A stretch of DNA of 64,000 nt, taken from contig MU056379.1 of NCBI GenBank assembly GCA_013239625.1, positions 3,246,895 through 3,310,894 on the forward strand, in the 5' to 3' direction. The notes under the pieces were generated by a model. The model made no database searches, was not told where the DNA came from, and worked only from the letters and a program-made list of their open reading frames with translations. Below are positions 12,561-25,212 of this stretch, piece after piece (position 1 is the stretch's first letter; each line of letters opens with the position of its first letter). A program made the position numbers and the translations under genes. This stretch comes from Lama guanicoe. Lineage: Eukaryota.

Positions 12561-13254
12561 CTTTTGAAAACACCACACACAAAATCACTTCCAGTCTCTG
12601 CTTCCCCCACCCCAGGGATGTGGGGAAGTCTCCGAGGGGAGAGGATTTGGTGGATTGTAGAAGCGCTGAATCGCGGAGCAACCCCCATGGTACTGGCCCA
12701 GATATGCAGAAGATGACATAAGTAAGAGGCAGATGTGTTACTTCCCTCCTCAGAGACTCTTCGGGCTTTCTGGTGAGGGCAAAGGCTTTGAGGCTTTCTC
12801 ATTTGCCTGGGCTTGGCACATAGTAGGCTCTTAGTAAGCGTTTGTTTAATTAATTGCTCCCCTGCCGACCTGATTATTCCACCCTCGGGGTGGTAAGCCT
12901 CTTACCTACACGGATCTGCCCCGTGGCTTAAGCTGTGAGTTGCTGGTACTTGGGGACATATTACTTTAATCAGATAATCAGATTACCCTTTTCCCTGGCA
13001 TCTGGCAGCGACCAGGGCATTACAGAAAGGGAGATGAAAGCATGAAGCGTCCAACCCATCGGGCTGGTGTTTATCAAGCACTTGCCATGCATGGGCTCCA
13101 GATGTAGGTTCTGTGATGCAACATGCCCTTGGACTTCCTCTCTCGGGGCAGCTGTTCTCTGTGCATCCATTCTGCAGCTAACATCCACGGAGCACTTTCA
13201 TGCAGCCTCTCCCTTTGTCCTCTCCATAGCCCTGCATGGGAAGTGCTCTCATTA

Positions 13255-13600
13255 TTCAATGCCTGGAAGTGCAAGTGACATAAACCAGACTCCAACTCAC
13301 TTAAGCAAGAGGAGATTTTTATTGGCTCGTACAGCTCGGAATGTGGGTAGGTTTCAGGTATGGTGAGATCAAGGCTCTGTCTGTTTCTGTTTTCCCCTAT
13401 GTCCGCTTTGCTCTCAGGGTTGACTTCCCTCATGGCTGCAAGATGGCCACCCATAGCAGGGGGCAGTGTATTTCCTTGTTTGCGTCCATCAGAAGAGAGA
13501 CTGAGATTTTCAGGGCTCTCTCTCAAGAGTAAGTAAGAGTCTTTCCTGAAAGCTTCAAGTAAGCCTAACCGCACAACCCATTAACATGAATTGGCTTAGA
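13255..13600 (-). mobile_element. MLT1J-like MaLR LTR remnant
   Basis: tgcaagtgacataaaccagactccaact...tttattggctc...tggctgcaagatggccacc. Confidence 0.6.
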
Positions 13601-13609
13601 CCATCCCAC

Positions 13610-13760
13610 CCCAGCTGCACATCAGAATCACAAGGGAGTTTTTGAAAAAAAATCTGGTGCCCAAGCCCTACTATCCAAGTCCTGTTAAATCAGAAACTTT
13701 GTGGGAGGGGCCCAGGGATCAGCATTGTAGCAAAGCTTCCAGGTGCTTCTAATGCACAAT
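13610..13760. mobile_element. MER5-like hAT-Charlie MITE
   Basis: gctgcacatcagaatcac...aaatcagaaactttg...aaagcttccaggtgcttctaatgcaca. Confidence 0.75.
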
Positions 13761-14231
13761 GAGGGCCTCGGGGTTAAGCTTGGGGCTTTGTCTCCCAAAA
13801 AAGTCATCTATCCAGTGACAGAGAGCTTGGCCTGACGAACCAGAAAACTTTGCACCTGTGGTCCCTTGCTGGACCCTGCTGCCCATAGTATACAAGCAAT
13901 TAATAATTTTAATAAATCCTGTGATTTTCTTGTGAACAGCATAATTATATTGCTTAGCAATTTGTGTGTGTGCTCAAAGCATTAATTTGTTCAATGTAAA
14001 CATCTAAAATATGCCACAATTATCGTAAGTTGTGTTCGCATGTCTTGGTTTTTTAATAAGCTGGGAGCTTCCAAAAAGGGAAGTAGCCCAGGCCTCTGGG
14101 CTTTTGAACGATTCCCAGCCTGATGTCTGGTCCCAGGCTGAGTCACCCTTTTCCTTCTGTGGATGTTGGAAATTTTGATCCCAATTCTTCATTGCCCTGT
14201 AGTGGTATTGTGCATTTCCCCCTTCACACAG

Positions 14232-14361
14232 GGGAGCAGTGGCCACAGAAGGAGGGAGAGAAAGATGTTGAGTTTTAGAGAATCCAGTAGAGAACACTTC
14301 TCTTCCCCATCCCAGCCTGGAACCCACTAAGAGAGCCACACGACAGCCACACAGACAGAGA
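14232..14361 (+). repeat. Left arm of a 130-bp long-range inverted repeat
   Basis: Reverse complement of 17341-17470 aligns without gaps, 117/130 identical by manual count. Confidence 0.95.
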
Positions 14362-14944
14362 TTAAAATATTTCGCTCTGGCTGTGGTGGGTGGGGTACCC
14401 ACCCTGTTCTTGACTGTGATCTTGATCAGGTGACTTGCTTTGACCTGTGGGGGATGAGGTGAACAGAGGCTTAAAATGTGCTTTCCCCCCACCCACATCC
14501 CCCACATCCACCATAAGCACTGAAAGAGCATGTCCCAAAGGGCTGCTGCCCCACCAGTCTGGGACCCAGCTTGAGACATTCATCTGGACCTGCTGGCTGC
14601 AGCATAGCCACACAGCCAAGCACAGCTCAGCTGCAGACCCATGAGCCTGAGAATAGGTGACTGTCATTTTCAGCCAGCGTTTTGGCATGTTTTGTTATAC
14701 AGCACTATTGTCACATTCACTGCCTGATACACCTTCTCATACTCTGCCGTCAACAGACATACCAGCCCCAAGCTCTTTTGGTCCCAGAGGACATTAGGGG
14801 CCAAGTACAATGGCAAGGAATGTCTGAGCAGAGAGCAATTCCCTTCTGCGGTCCAGTAATAGCCTCTAATGTTTATGAAGGTTATGGCCTGGGTTTAGTC
14901 TAAGCAGAGCAATTGCAAGCATATGTTATTTTGGAACCATATTG

Positions 14945-15330
14945 CCTGCTGGGTTTGTAGCCCAGCTCCACCACTGACATGCTCTGTGCCCTTGAACAGG
15001 TCACTTAACTTCTCTGGGCCTCAGGTACCTCATCTATAAAATGAGGATGTTAACAAGAGTACCTACCTTTGTTGTGCCGATTAAACAAGTTAATTTGTAT
15101 AAAATGTGTAGAGCAGTGTCTGGCACATAGTAGACATTATATAAGTGTGAGCTCGTATTATTAAGCACTCTCCAGGCATTTAATTCTCTCAACAAAAGCA
15201 ACCAGAGAGTCTTATCACTGTTTTGTGGATAAAGGAACTGAGGTTAAGAGAGGTCAAATAACTTGTCCAAGGTTACATAACATGTGAGTCACTGAGCCAA
15301 GGTATGAAAACAATTCCATCTGATTCCAAA
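14945..15330. mobile_element. Two MIRs, tail to tail (+ then -)
   Basis: tcacttaacttctctgggcctcaggtacctcatctataaaatg, then ggaactgaggttaagagaggtcaaataacttgtccaaggttac. Confidence 0.8.
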
Positions 15331-16489
15331 ACATTTTTTATCTCTGTATTACCGACATTCAGTGCGAACTTGGTGCCTATCGGGCAACAGTGAAAGCTGA
15401 TGAATCAATGAACAGGCACAGCTGGGTGGACAGCAGGCTGGACTCCTTTTCCAGTGCTCTCTTTACTTCACTCAGCTTTTAATTGGGCTGAGGACTGGTT
15501 GGTGACTGGGGATCTCCCCCAGGATGGTTAGGGGGCATGGGGTGTAATGGAAGCTGCCGTGGGTTGGGTGGCAGGATCTCAAGTTCAAGTCCTGGCTCTG
15601 CCACATCCAGCTGCATATCCCAAGGCCAGCTGCTCTCCAAACTCTTTGAGACTCAATTTACTCCCAGGTTAAAGCAGGATCCTGCAGGACAGAGAGCTGG
15701 GGAGCAGCAGGGCAGCCAGAGCCGGGGTCTCCCCTCTGTCCTCTGCTGCCTACAAAAATGCTCTCTTCTTCTCGGAGGGAAATCTGAGCTTTGCTGAGCT
15801 GGCACATTCTGGGATCCAGACAGCTGTGTCCCCTCGCCCCTCCCCAGACCAGAACGAAGGCCTGTGCCTCCAAAATTCAAGGACAGGATGGGGCCTTCCT
15901 GGGGGAGCAGTGTGCCCTGGGCTGGACCCATAGCCTGGGCCCCGAGGGCTCCAGGGCCAGATATACCAAGGTCTCTCCTGCTGGAGGAGGGAAGGCAGAG
16001 CCCTGTGGCCTGGTGTAGGGGAAAGATAAAGGACCTGGAGGCAGAGACCAGGGATCACATCCCAGCTGTGGTCACTTAGCCATGCAGCGCCTCAGTTTCT
16101 TTGGAATGGGAATCAGAATTCCTGCATCTCGGGGCTGTGCTGAAGCTCCAAAGGGGGTCCCTGGAGGGAAAAGGCCCTCTGGAAATTGTAAGGGCTTGTG
16201 CTCCAGGTGGCTGCTTTTTCGACCTTGGTTTTTGTGTTTAAAAATGAGAGCCAGGAGCTGGAAGGATGCTTCTACCAGGAAGCCCTCCGCACAGCTGGTA
16301 AGAAATGATCTCCTGAAGTCAGCATCATTCAGGTGATGTTCTGTGGCTTCTGGCGTGATGCATCGTGAAGGGCCACCACCACCCGCCATCCATCCTCGTC
16401 CAAAATGCCGCATAATGGGATTTTTCTGGCAATACAGGAGACAGAGGACTGAACTTAACTAGGCAAGAGGGAAATAAGGAGAAAAATCC

Positions 16490-16935
16490 TCAAGTTGGAG
16501 CATTCTGCAAGACACACAGTCTAGTCTTCACAAGTCATGGTCATAAGAAAGGAACCTGCCCAACCAAAAGAGACCCAAGTGCAGCCAACCAGAGGGTCCT
16601 GCTGGCACCTTAGTTTACACAAATCAACTTAAAGGACATTTGGGGGACAATGAGGGAATTTGAATTGGTGCTGGGCACTAGGTAAAATAAAATGTATTGA
16701 TGGATATGCTGAGATTGTTAGTTGGAAAAAAAAGCAGATGACAATGCAACAAAGACATTGCGATCTTGTTTTGATTTTAAAAATTGTATACGCATAAAAA
16801 GAGATCTGGGGAGACAGATAATAAGGTATTTACAGTGATACTCCCCAGATGATAGGAATAAAGTGGTTTTGTTTTCTTATTTTTGCTTATCTATGTATTC
16901 CAACTTTGTAGGTAGCTTTGGTGATAATCAAAGGT
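16490..16935 (+). mobile_element. Old L1MC/L1ME 3'UTR remnant
   Basis: aaaggacatttgggggacaatgagggaatttgaatt and AT-rich L1M tail-like sequence. Confidence 0.5.
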
Positions 16936-17340
16936 TATGTTAAATCAGAGAAGTTCTCTGCACAGTCCCTAACTCTGATGGTCCCCCTCTGGCCCTAGTC
17001 TCCTCTCCCAGCTCCTGCCTCATCTGGGAACTACCATCAACACCGAACTGGCACTGATGGGTTGAGGTCTGCGTCACGGCCTCCCTCCCTCCCTCCCTCC
17101 CACAGTTTCCTCATGGAGAAGTGTCCATTGAATTATAATGACAGTCCACTCTCTCTCATAAATCTCACTCCATCCTCCTCCAGCCGGCCCAGCCCCTTGG
17201 GTTTTGGAAGCCTTTATCGCGTCCCTACATGGGCCAGGGACTGGGTGGTTTTGGTGGGTGAATGTCAAGTTCAAGGGTGGGAGAGTAGGAAGCCACCTTG
17301 TTCACCGATCTGAAGTCACAGCCGGAGGGAAACGCTGTGC

Positions 17341-17470
17341 TCTCTTTCTGTGTGGCTGTTGTGTGGCTCTCTCAGTGGGTTCCAGGCTGGGATGGGAAAG
17401 AGAAGTGTTCTTTACTAGATTCTCTAAAATCCAACATCTTTCTCTCCTTCCCCCAGTGGCCACTACTCCC
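17341..17470 (-). repeat. Right arm of a 130-bp long-range inverted repeat
   Basis: Reverse complement matches 14232-14361 at about 90% identity. Confidence 0.95.
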
Positions 17471-17999
17471 ATGCTCAACTCCAGGCCCATCTTCTAGAGG
17501 TGGCACCTCAGGAGTGAGTTTCTACTGAAGAGGAGACTAGGATGTCCCCGGGAAAGTGGAGGTGGGAGGTGATGGAGGGGGTCAGGCATCCAGACAGAGG
17601 AAGCAGCATGGGCACAGACACAGAGGCTGGGTGGCAAAACGGGGGGAGGAGTGAGCAGAGACGTGACAGTGCCCTGAGCACGGGCTCCATGAGTGCCCCG
17701 AGGGCCAGGCTGAGGGCCTCTGACTTGAACCATGGGGAATGTGGGGCACAGGAGGGTTTTAAGTCCAGATGTAGCACAGTCACCTTTGTACATTGCAGAC
17801 CATCTCTTGGGGCCACTCTGTGAGGACAGATCAAAGAGGAAGCAGCCCAGGAGCCAGGAGACCAGGAACATTCACACAGGAGAGGGAAAGGGCAGCACCA
17901 ATACTCAAGTGAGCTGAGAACTTTTTTCAGAAACAAATCACTCCCAGGTGTTGAGAACTCAGGAATGGGTTCTTAAATTGTGCAAAGGTGGCCCTTTGA

Positions 18000-18525
18000 G
18001 CAGTGGCTGGCAATCCCATCAGACCCAAGTTCCCTGTGGATAACAAATATTTTGTAACTCCCTGGTCACCAAGCTGAAATGAAATTCATCAGGAATCACA
18101 CACGTACCCTCACACATGCTTTAAAAAAATCAGTTTAATATCCTAAACATAATATGAAGCAGAAATCAAAGGAAAGTAATTTATAGCAAAATAATGTCAA
18201 GATGAAAATGTACAAGCCGACTGCATTTAATTTAAAATAACCTTTGACAGGAGACAGGATGATGTGGCCCTGACACTTGCTCCTAGAAGTGGGGCCACCT
18301 GAAACACGGCAGCCACAGAGGCAGACGGATCCAGGTGGTCCTGATGGTGACTCAGACACTGCGAGCGATGCTGTGCCTGGTGACATGAAATGGGCAACAA
18401 GATTTGGCAGAATTCCGAACAAAACAAAGGACAATCTTCTCTTTCCGTGTACATAATAGTCACATTCCCAGAAAACTCTGTGTGTATTAAAAACATGCAA
18501 AATTACTTTGTGTTTATATATAAAC
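18000..18525. mobile_element. Probable ancient DNA-transposon remnant (family uncertain)
   Basis: AT-rich block starting cagtgg, with composition typical of old hAT/Tigger internal fragments; not identified precisely. Confidence 0.3.
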
Positions 18526-18530
18526 AGGTT

Positions 18531-18549
18531 ACACACACACACACACACA
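18531..18549. repeat. (CA)n microsatellite
   Basis: Read directly from the sequence. Confidence 0.9.
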
Positions 18550-19305
18550 TACCCCAATTATGATGAAGAAAAATGCCCTTACAGATTTCCCAGACCCCTC
18601 CTAAGGGGGGCTGTCTTGGCTTCATTGAGCATTATTGTCTTACAGCCTCTTCTACAATGATAGCAAGTGAGACCAAAATGTAGATGGCGTGCTAAAGCAA
18701 TTTTGCGTCTTCTGTGGCTGAGAGGAAAGTGGAAGCCTAGAGAACTAGGGGTAGGTCTAGAGAGGGGGATGGTGAGGAGGCCCCAAGAAATAACATCAGG
18801 CCTGGGCCACAAGAGACTGCTGGCTGGTGAGACACTTCCTGAGATGGGCACGGACTAGAGATGCTACGCATGGTGAGGCACGTGGTTCAGCTGTAAGTTG
18901 TTCTGACGCTGGGCTGCAATCCCCCTCTTCTGTCCCCAAACCTGCCATAAAATCAGTTACACAAAGTAGCACTTGGAGGGAAGGTAAACTTAAATGATGG
19001 CTCATGCCCCCTAACTGCCAGGCAACTCATGTGACCTTCACCAGCCCGAAGAGGAGGGGCCACACTTGGTCCCTATTTGATAATGAGAAAACCAGAGCCC
19101 AGAGAGACAGAGAACCTTGAACAAGGTCAGTGAGCTGTCCATCAGTGGCAGAGCTGGGCTTTGAACCCGGGCTGTCTGCCTCTGCGGTCCAGCCTGCTCA
19201 CCCATCAGCAAGAGCCAGACCTGAGTCTGGGAGAAGCACAATGGAGAGAAATAGCAGCAGCAGAGGGTGGTGCTGGGTCAACATTACAGAAATCTGGACC
19301 AGGAG

Positions 19306-19455
19306 TCGGGGGTGGCGGGTATAGCTCAGTGGCAGAGTGCGTGCTTAGGATGCACGAGGTTCTGAATTCTAACCCCAGTATTTCCATTAAAGCAAGCAAA
19401 CAAACAAACAAACACATAATCACCCTCCAAAATAAATCAAAAAGAAAAGAAAAAA
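19306..19455 (+). mobile_element. tRNA-Ala-derived camelid SINE (Vic-1 type) with target-site duplication
   Basis: gggtatagctcagtggcagagtgcgtgcttaggatgcacgagg... plus an A-rich tail; TSD agaaatctggac(ca/tg)ggag at 19288-19305 and 19456-19473. Confidence 0.9.
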
Positions 19456-20109
19456 AGAAATCTGGACTGGGAGGTAAAAGAAGAGCCGTCATAAGCATCC
19501 AATGGAGATTCTCAGAGACATGGAGAAGGATGCCAGACTTCGCTGGTACAAGGAAGAGGGATCTTTCAGGGAAAGATAACTCCAAGGAGGTGGAAGACTT
19601 GAAGCGTTCCGCCCCCCCACCCCCACATTTTGGTAACCCTAAAGTAGCCATATTGGCTTACACCCTGGGCCATCTGATCTCTTTTGTTTTTTGAGCTCTT
19701 ACATTTCAACAGTTTCACCTATTCCCACCCCGTTTATTAATAGTTATATTTCTGTGAATTCACGGCTGAGAAAATAAAGCACAAAAGACTGCTGTGAATT
19801 CTGAAAAGCTTTCAGTGAGTGTTACTAATCACAACGGCATCCACATACATTGGAAAACATTATATATGCAGAAACCAAACGCTTTCCAGCTACAATGCTT
19901 GAGGAATCTACAGACAAATTGGGTGAAGGGCACAGGTGGGAACCAGAAGGCGTATTAGGGGCAGAGATGCATCAGTCACACAATCCCCAGGCCTCAGATC
20001 ACCCCACTGCGGGGGGAGCTCAGGGTCACCACAACAGTCCTGACCCGTATCATCTGCTCCCTTTGGGTGCTGTATGTCCTGAAGAAAGGCTTTGACTGGG
20101 TGGTCCTAA

Positions 20110-21053
20110 TGCCACAGTTTTGGAGGTCCCTGGACCCAGTTTCAACATGGGGGGCTTCCCCACATCAACAAGCAATTTTCCTACACCAGTGGGGTGTCTG
20201 AGAGGTCAACTCAGTTCTGACACTTATCTACCCAGAGATAGCATAGGATTCCACAGGTTAAGGGCCTGGTCCCACCAGACCGCCCTCTGCTTCACATGCC
20301 AGTCATCAGCCCAGACTGTTACCTCTGCTTCTGACCTACTGGCTATAAATCAAAGCTTCCTCCTCGGGTTTGGTCAACTTTCTAGAAAGGCCAGTGGAAC
20401 TCAGGGAGCTGATTTACTTACTAGATTATCGCTTTATTACAAAGGATGTTTAAGGACACAAGTCAACATCCAGATGAAGGTATACATAGGGCGAGGTGTC
20501 AGCAAAGGAGCTTCTGTCCTGGTGGAGTATGGGGCTGGACCTGGTGGCACCAGGAAGCACGCTGGTTCCCGAACCTGGAAACTCTCAGAACCCCCGCCTT
20601 TTGTGTTTTAATGGAGGCTTCATTACTTTGGCATGATTGATTAACTCATTGGCCATTGGTGACTGATTCAACCTCCAGCACCCCTCTCCAACCTGGAAAT
20701 CAGTCCCACTCCTGTCTTTGTGGTTGGTTTCCCTAGCAACCAGCCCTTGTCTTTAGGTGCTTTTCTTAAGTCACCACATTAACATAGACCCAGTTGTGCT
20801 GGAAAGGGATTTTTTATGAATAACAAGACACCCATTTCACCTTTATGTCTCTGAAGAGCTTTCAGGAGCTGAGAACAAGAGGCCAATATTATTATAAAAG
20901 ATGCTCCCATTGCTCTTATTGCAAAGGAAATTCCAAGGGTTTGGGGAGCTGTGAGCCAGGAACCAAGGACAAAGACCAAATATATGAGAAATATATTTCG
21001 GTCATCTGAATGACCAATTTTTATATATTTCTTATGAATCACAGCATTGAATA
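20110..21053 (-). mobile_element. MER21-like ERVL solo LTR
   Basis: ggtgtc...caactcagttctgacact...ccacaggttaagggc, ggaggcttcattac...tgattaactcattggccattgg, ggaaattccaagggttt, ending tatatttcttatgaatcaca. Confidence 0.85.
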
Positions 21054-21239
21054 CGCTTTATAGAATGACTCCATGGGGTGGAGCTTAGATCAACTCCCAC
21101 CAGGGGGTTAACTGACCTTCGGCCAAACCCATATAGAGATGACTTCAGACTGGGGACCAGCCCAGGGCTGTCAGCTCTGGCCAATGGAGTCATTGCAGTG
21201 GGTGGGAAAGGAAATAAGTTGAGTCATATTCCTCAAACG

Positions 21240-21990
21240 GTGGCTGGAAAGTTGGCTAAAAGTGAAAGGAGGGACCATATCAAATGTTGGCAAGGATATG
21301 GAGCAACTGGAACTCTCATACCTGGTTGGTAGGAGTGTAAACTGGTAAAAAAACAAAAAATCAAAAAACCACTTTGTGAAACTGGGAGAACTGACCAAAC
21401 TTAACATACATATAATCCATGACCTAGCAAACCTACCCCTAGAAACATACTCAACAGAAATGGGTGCATGCAGATGCTCACCAAGACATATAAACAAATG
21501 TCCACAGCAGCAAATATCCACTGACTATAGCATAGATAAATATAGATTGAGCCTTATGAAATGGTCTTTTTATTGTAGATTAAAAGGTTGAGGATTAGCA
21601 ATTTCATATGATTAATCCTAATAGGTTGTGATAGAGTCATGAAATGGAATACTATACAGCAACGAAAAGGGATGGACTCTTACTACATGCCATGATATTG
21701 GTGAATCTCACAGATACAACAATGGGTGAAAGAAGCTGGTCACAAAAATAAACATGCTCTATGATTCCATTTCTTTGAACTGCTAGAACAGGTTAACACT
21801 ATCCATGGTGATAGGAGTCAGAATGGTGGTTTCCTTCATGGAGTACTGACCAGAAAGGGGCATCAGTAACTCTTCTGGGATACTAGACTGTTCTAAATTT
21901 TGATCTGGATGATGGTTACCCAATTGTTTAATAACTTAATCAAGCTGTACACATTTAGGATTTGTATGTAACTTTTACCTCAATAAAAAA
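21240..21990 (+). mobile_element. L1ME/L1MC 3' fragment
   Basis: aatgttggcaaggatatggagcaactggaactctcatac, aatggaatactatacagcaacgaaaa, gtgaatctcacagatacaac. Confidence 0.8.
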
Positions 21991-22004
21991 GAAAAAAAAC
22001 TTAC

Positions 22005-23056
22005 TTAGAATGGCCAATAAACACATGAAAAGATGCTTAACGTTGCTCATCATCAGGGAAATGCAAATCAAAGCCACAATGAGATACCTCTTCACATCCA
22101 TTAAGATGGCTGTGATAAAAAAATAAGCCAACAAACAGAAAACAACAAGTGTTAGCATGGATGTGGAGAAATTGGAACCCTTATGCATTACTGGGGGGGA
22201 TGTAAAATGTGCAGCCACTGTGAAAAACAGCATGGCAGCTTCTCAAAAAATTAAACATAAAATTACCATATGATCCCACAATTCCACTTCAGGGTGTTAA
22301 AAACAAGATAACAGGCCCCTAATGAAGTTGCTTATGCTAAAACTCACGTAACCAAACTGAGACTCAGTTATGGTTTGGGCTCTCCCAGAAATGGAATTTT
22401 AAACCTATCAATCAGGAGTCACCTGATCAGCACTAGTTAAGTCATCTGCCCGATAGGTCCCTGACGTCCCCTAAAGGAAAGTAATTTCGCAATAACCAAG
22501 CTGCTCTTTTGCTTAGTGTAACTTACTTGTTCCCGCTCCCTTCTGCCTACAAAAGTCTTTCATTCTGTTCAGTTCCTCGGAGCTCCCTTCTACTGCTAGA
22601 TTGGATGCTGCCTGATTTGAATCAGTTTCTGTCCAAATTCTTAAAATTTTTAATGTGGTTCAGNNNNNNNNNNNNNNNNNNNNNNNNNNNNNNNNNNNNN
22701 NNNNNNNNNNNNNNNNNNNNNNNNNNNNNNNNNNNNNNNNNNNNNNNNNNNNNNNNNNNNNNNNNNNNNNNNNNNNNNNNNNNNNNNNNNNNNNNAGATA
22801 GAAACAACCCAAGTGCTCATTGTTGGGTGAAATGCAGTCTATACAGACAATGGAATATTATTCAGCCTTAAAAAGGAAGGGAATTCTGACTCATGCTACA
22901 ACATGGACGATCCTTGAAGGTATTATATTATGCTGAGTGAAATAAGCCAGACACAAAAGGACACATTGTACGATGCCACTTATGGGTGGTACTTAGCGTT
23001 GTCAAATTCATCCAGACAGAAGTAGAACAGCAGTTATGAGGGGCTGGGGAGCGAGG
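22005..23056 (+). mobile_element. L1MA/MB ORF2 end and 3'UTR, interrupted by an LTR and a gap
   Basis: aatggccaataaacacatgaaaagatgc...atgcaaatcaaagccacaatgagatac; resumes after the gap with caatggaatattattcagccttaaaaaggaag. Confidence 0.9.
22295..22663 (+). mobile_element. ERV (class I-like) LTR inserted in L1; 3' end lies in the gap
   Basis: Starts TG exactly where L1 homology stops (attccacttcagggt); LTR-like content such as aatcaggagtcacctg, cctacaaaag and gagctccctt. Confidence 0.65.
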
Positions 23057-24854
23057 NNNNNNNNNNNNNNNNNNNNNNNNNNNNNNNNNNNNNNNNNNNN
23101 NNNNNNNNNNNNNNNNNNNNNNNNNNNNNNNNNNNNNNNNNNNNNNNNNNNNNNNNNNNNNNNNNNNNNNNNNNNNNNNNNNNNNNNNNNNNNNNNNNNN
23201 NNNNNNNNNNNNNNNNNNNNNNNNNNNNNNNNNNNNNAACTGCTAAGAAAAGAATGTCTGAGATCGAAGGCTGGCCCTGAGGCTTCCTGGAATCGTCCTG
23301 CCAGCCGCAGCCTCTCTGATTCTGTCCCTCTGATACCTGCCCTCCCAGGAAGACCCATTGCAAACCTGCCTCCGGTGCCCTGTGACGCAAGTGCTTGCTC
23401 ACCCTTTTTGATGTGACTTCAAAAGGCAGGGAGGTCTCGGAAAGGTGTTTGGTCCCCTTGGAGACCATCGGGAAACCACTGTTATTCATGTATTTACCCA
23501 AAAGGCCATATTCTGACTCATAGCTCAGGAGGGGACGGATGACAGCAGTTTGTCCAATCAGGGGACCAGCCTCGAGTTCCTGTTAACTATGCTCATGTTC
23601 AGCCTAGAACGTCACAAGACCCCAGAGCAAAGGCTCCAGGAAAGCACGTTGGCTTAGCACCTACCGAGTTCCCAGCGCCAAGCATGGAATCCTCCCCATT
23701 GCCCAATCAGGACAAGATTATTAGACTCATTTTCCTGATTAGGAAACTGAGCTTCAGTGAGGGCCTCACAGCCAGGAGAGGGGTGGGGGAGTGTTCAGCC
23801 AGCTCTGTGGAAGGCGCCAGAAGACTCCTCTGTCTAGCCTGAAGACTCCTCTGCCAAGCAGACTTCCAGTGAAGACTTCCGGATCGCCTTTGCCTGTCTC
23901 CTCACCCACTGCCAGGGTCACCCTGACCCTTCCCAGAAAGGGAAGCCTTGGAAAGGGAGGAAGAGAGAGAGAATGAATGGATGTGTGCGTGTGTGTGTGT
24001 GTGTCTGTGTGAGTGTCGTCTGTGTGTGTAGGGAGAGACTGGAGGAGAAGCTGATGGCTCAGAATAAGGCTAGGAGGGGTGGCACAGGTGGGAGTGGAGG
24101 AGGTGGGTACACTTCTAAGTGAAAAGAGCCCTGGAATGGGAATCAAAATCTTGAGTTTTAGTCCTAATTCAGCCTCCCTCATGCTGTGCAAACTGGGGGA
24201 GGTCCCTTCCCCTCTCTGTGCCTCTGTTTATGTTTCTCTACAAGGCAAGGTTAGAATTCATAATTGCTAAGGGTTCATCTGCCAGTTATACAAATATTAA
24301 TTGAGCCCCTGCTCCAGCCACCAGCCAAGGGCTGGGGACGCAGAAGACAGACCCGCCCCCTGCCCTCCTGGAGTTGAGTCTAGTGGGGAAGACAGACACA
24401 GCTTGGCAAGTGATCACAAGCTCACGATGTGCTCCCAGGGGGAGAAGTACGGGGGAAGGGCTACCGACACCCACAGTTGGCAGATCCAACCCAGCCTCAA
24501 GGATTGGGCTCAAAGAATCAGCTTAAAGAACAACTTGCTTTCCGCCTGGCCTTTACCCTGGAAGCCCAAGCGGCTCCCCAAGCACTCCAGATCACAGCAA
24601 GGGCACACGGACCCCGTAAGGGGGTCCTCCACCCCTGCTCTCCTGATGAGTCCGAGGACGAGGGGAACTGCTATTCTCTGAAACAGGAACTCCTAGAATC
24701 AACCAGAAAGGGCGGAGAGGAGCCCAGGGCAGAAGGGCCTGCAGCGGAGTGGTTTGCAAAGGAGAGCAGCGGAGGCTGCCCGGTTCCCAAGGCCCTGCCA
24801 GGAGGCAAAAGCAGAACTAACGCGCCCTTAGCGGCCAAGAAGCAGGTGCCACTA

Positions 24855-25010
24855 GCGCGGCGGTTCTCAGCCTCGTCTGCCTGCTGGAGTCGCCTGGGGA
24901 GGTTTGAAAATTCCTGACGCCAGGGTCTACCCCGAGAGACTCTGCTCTAACTGGCCTGGGTGCAGCCGGGGCAGGTGATCCTAGTGTGTTGAGTCAAGAA
25001 CCAGTGACCT
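24855..25010. mobile_element. MER5-like MITE
   Basis: cggttctcagcctc...gagtcgcctggggaggtttgaaaattcctgacgccagg...gcaggtgatcctag...aagaaccagtg. Confidence 0.65.
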
Positions 25011-25212
25011 GGCAGAAGGCTGGGGTCTGCTCAGGGCCAAAGAAGGTGATTCTAGGAGATCAGAGAGCTCAGAGGGGGACCAGCTCTGTCCAGGGGACAA
25101 ACAGGCTGTGTGTTCCAGACAGTATGGGGATTTGGGTCCCCAGATAGGCCTGTCTGGTAGTAAGGAGGGGACTCATCCCCCTGCCACCTGCAGTTCCCCC
25201 CCACCCCGTCCC

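Noticed and set aside
19312-19390. tRNA-Ala-like sequences (also at 9580-9650 and 29858-29930)
   Set aside because: They are SINE heads with A-rich tails or TSDs and disrupted stems, not tRNA genes.
24815-24865. Possible CTCF sites in a small CpG-enriched patch
   Set aside because: The spacing of the core does not fit the consensus (off by one base in both candidates).
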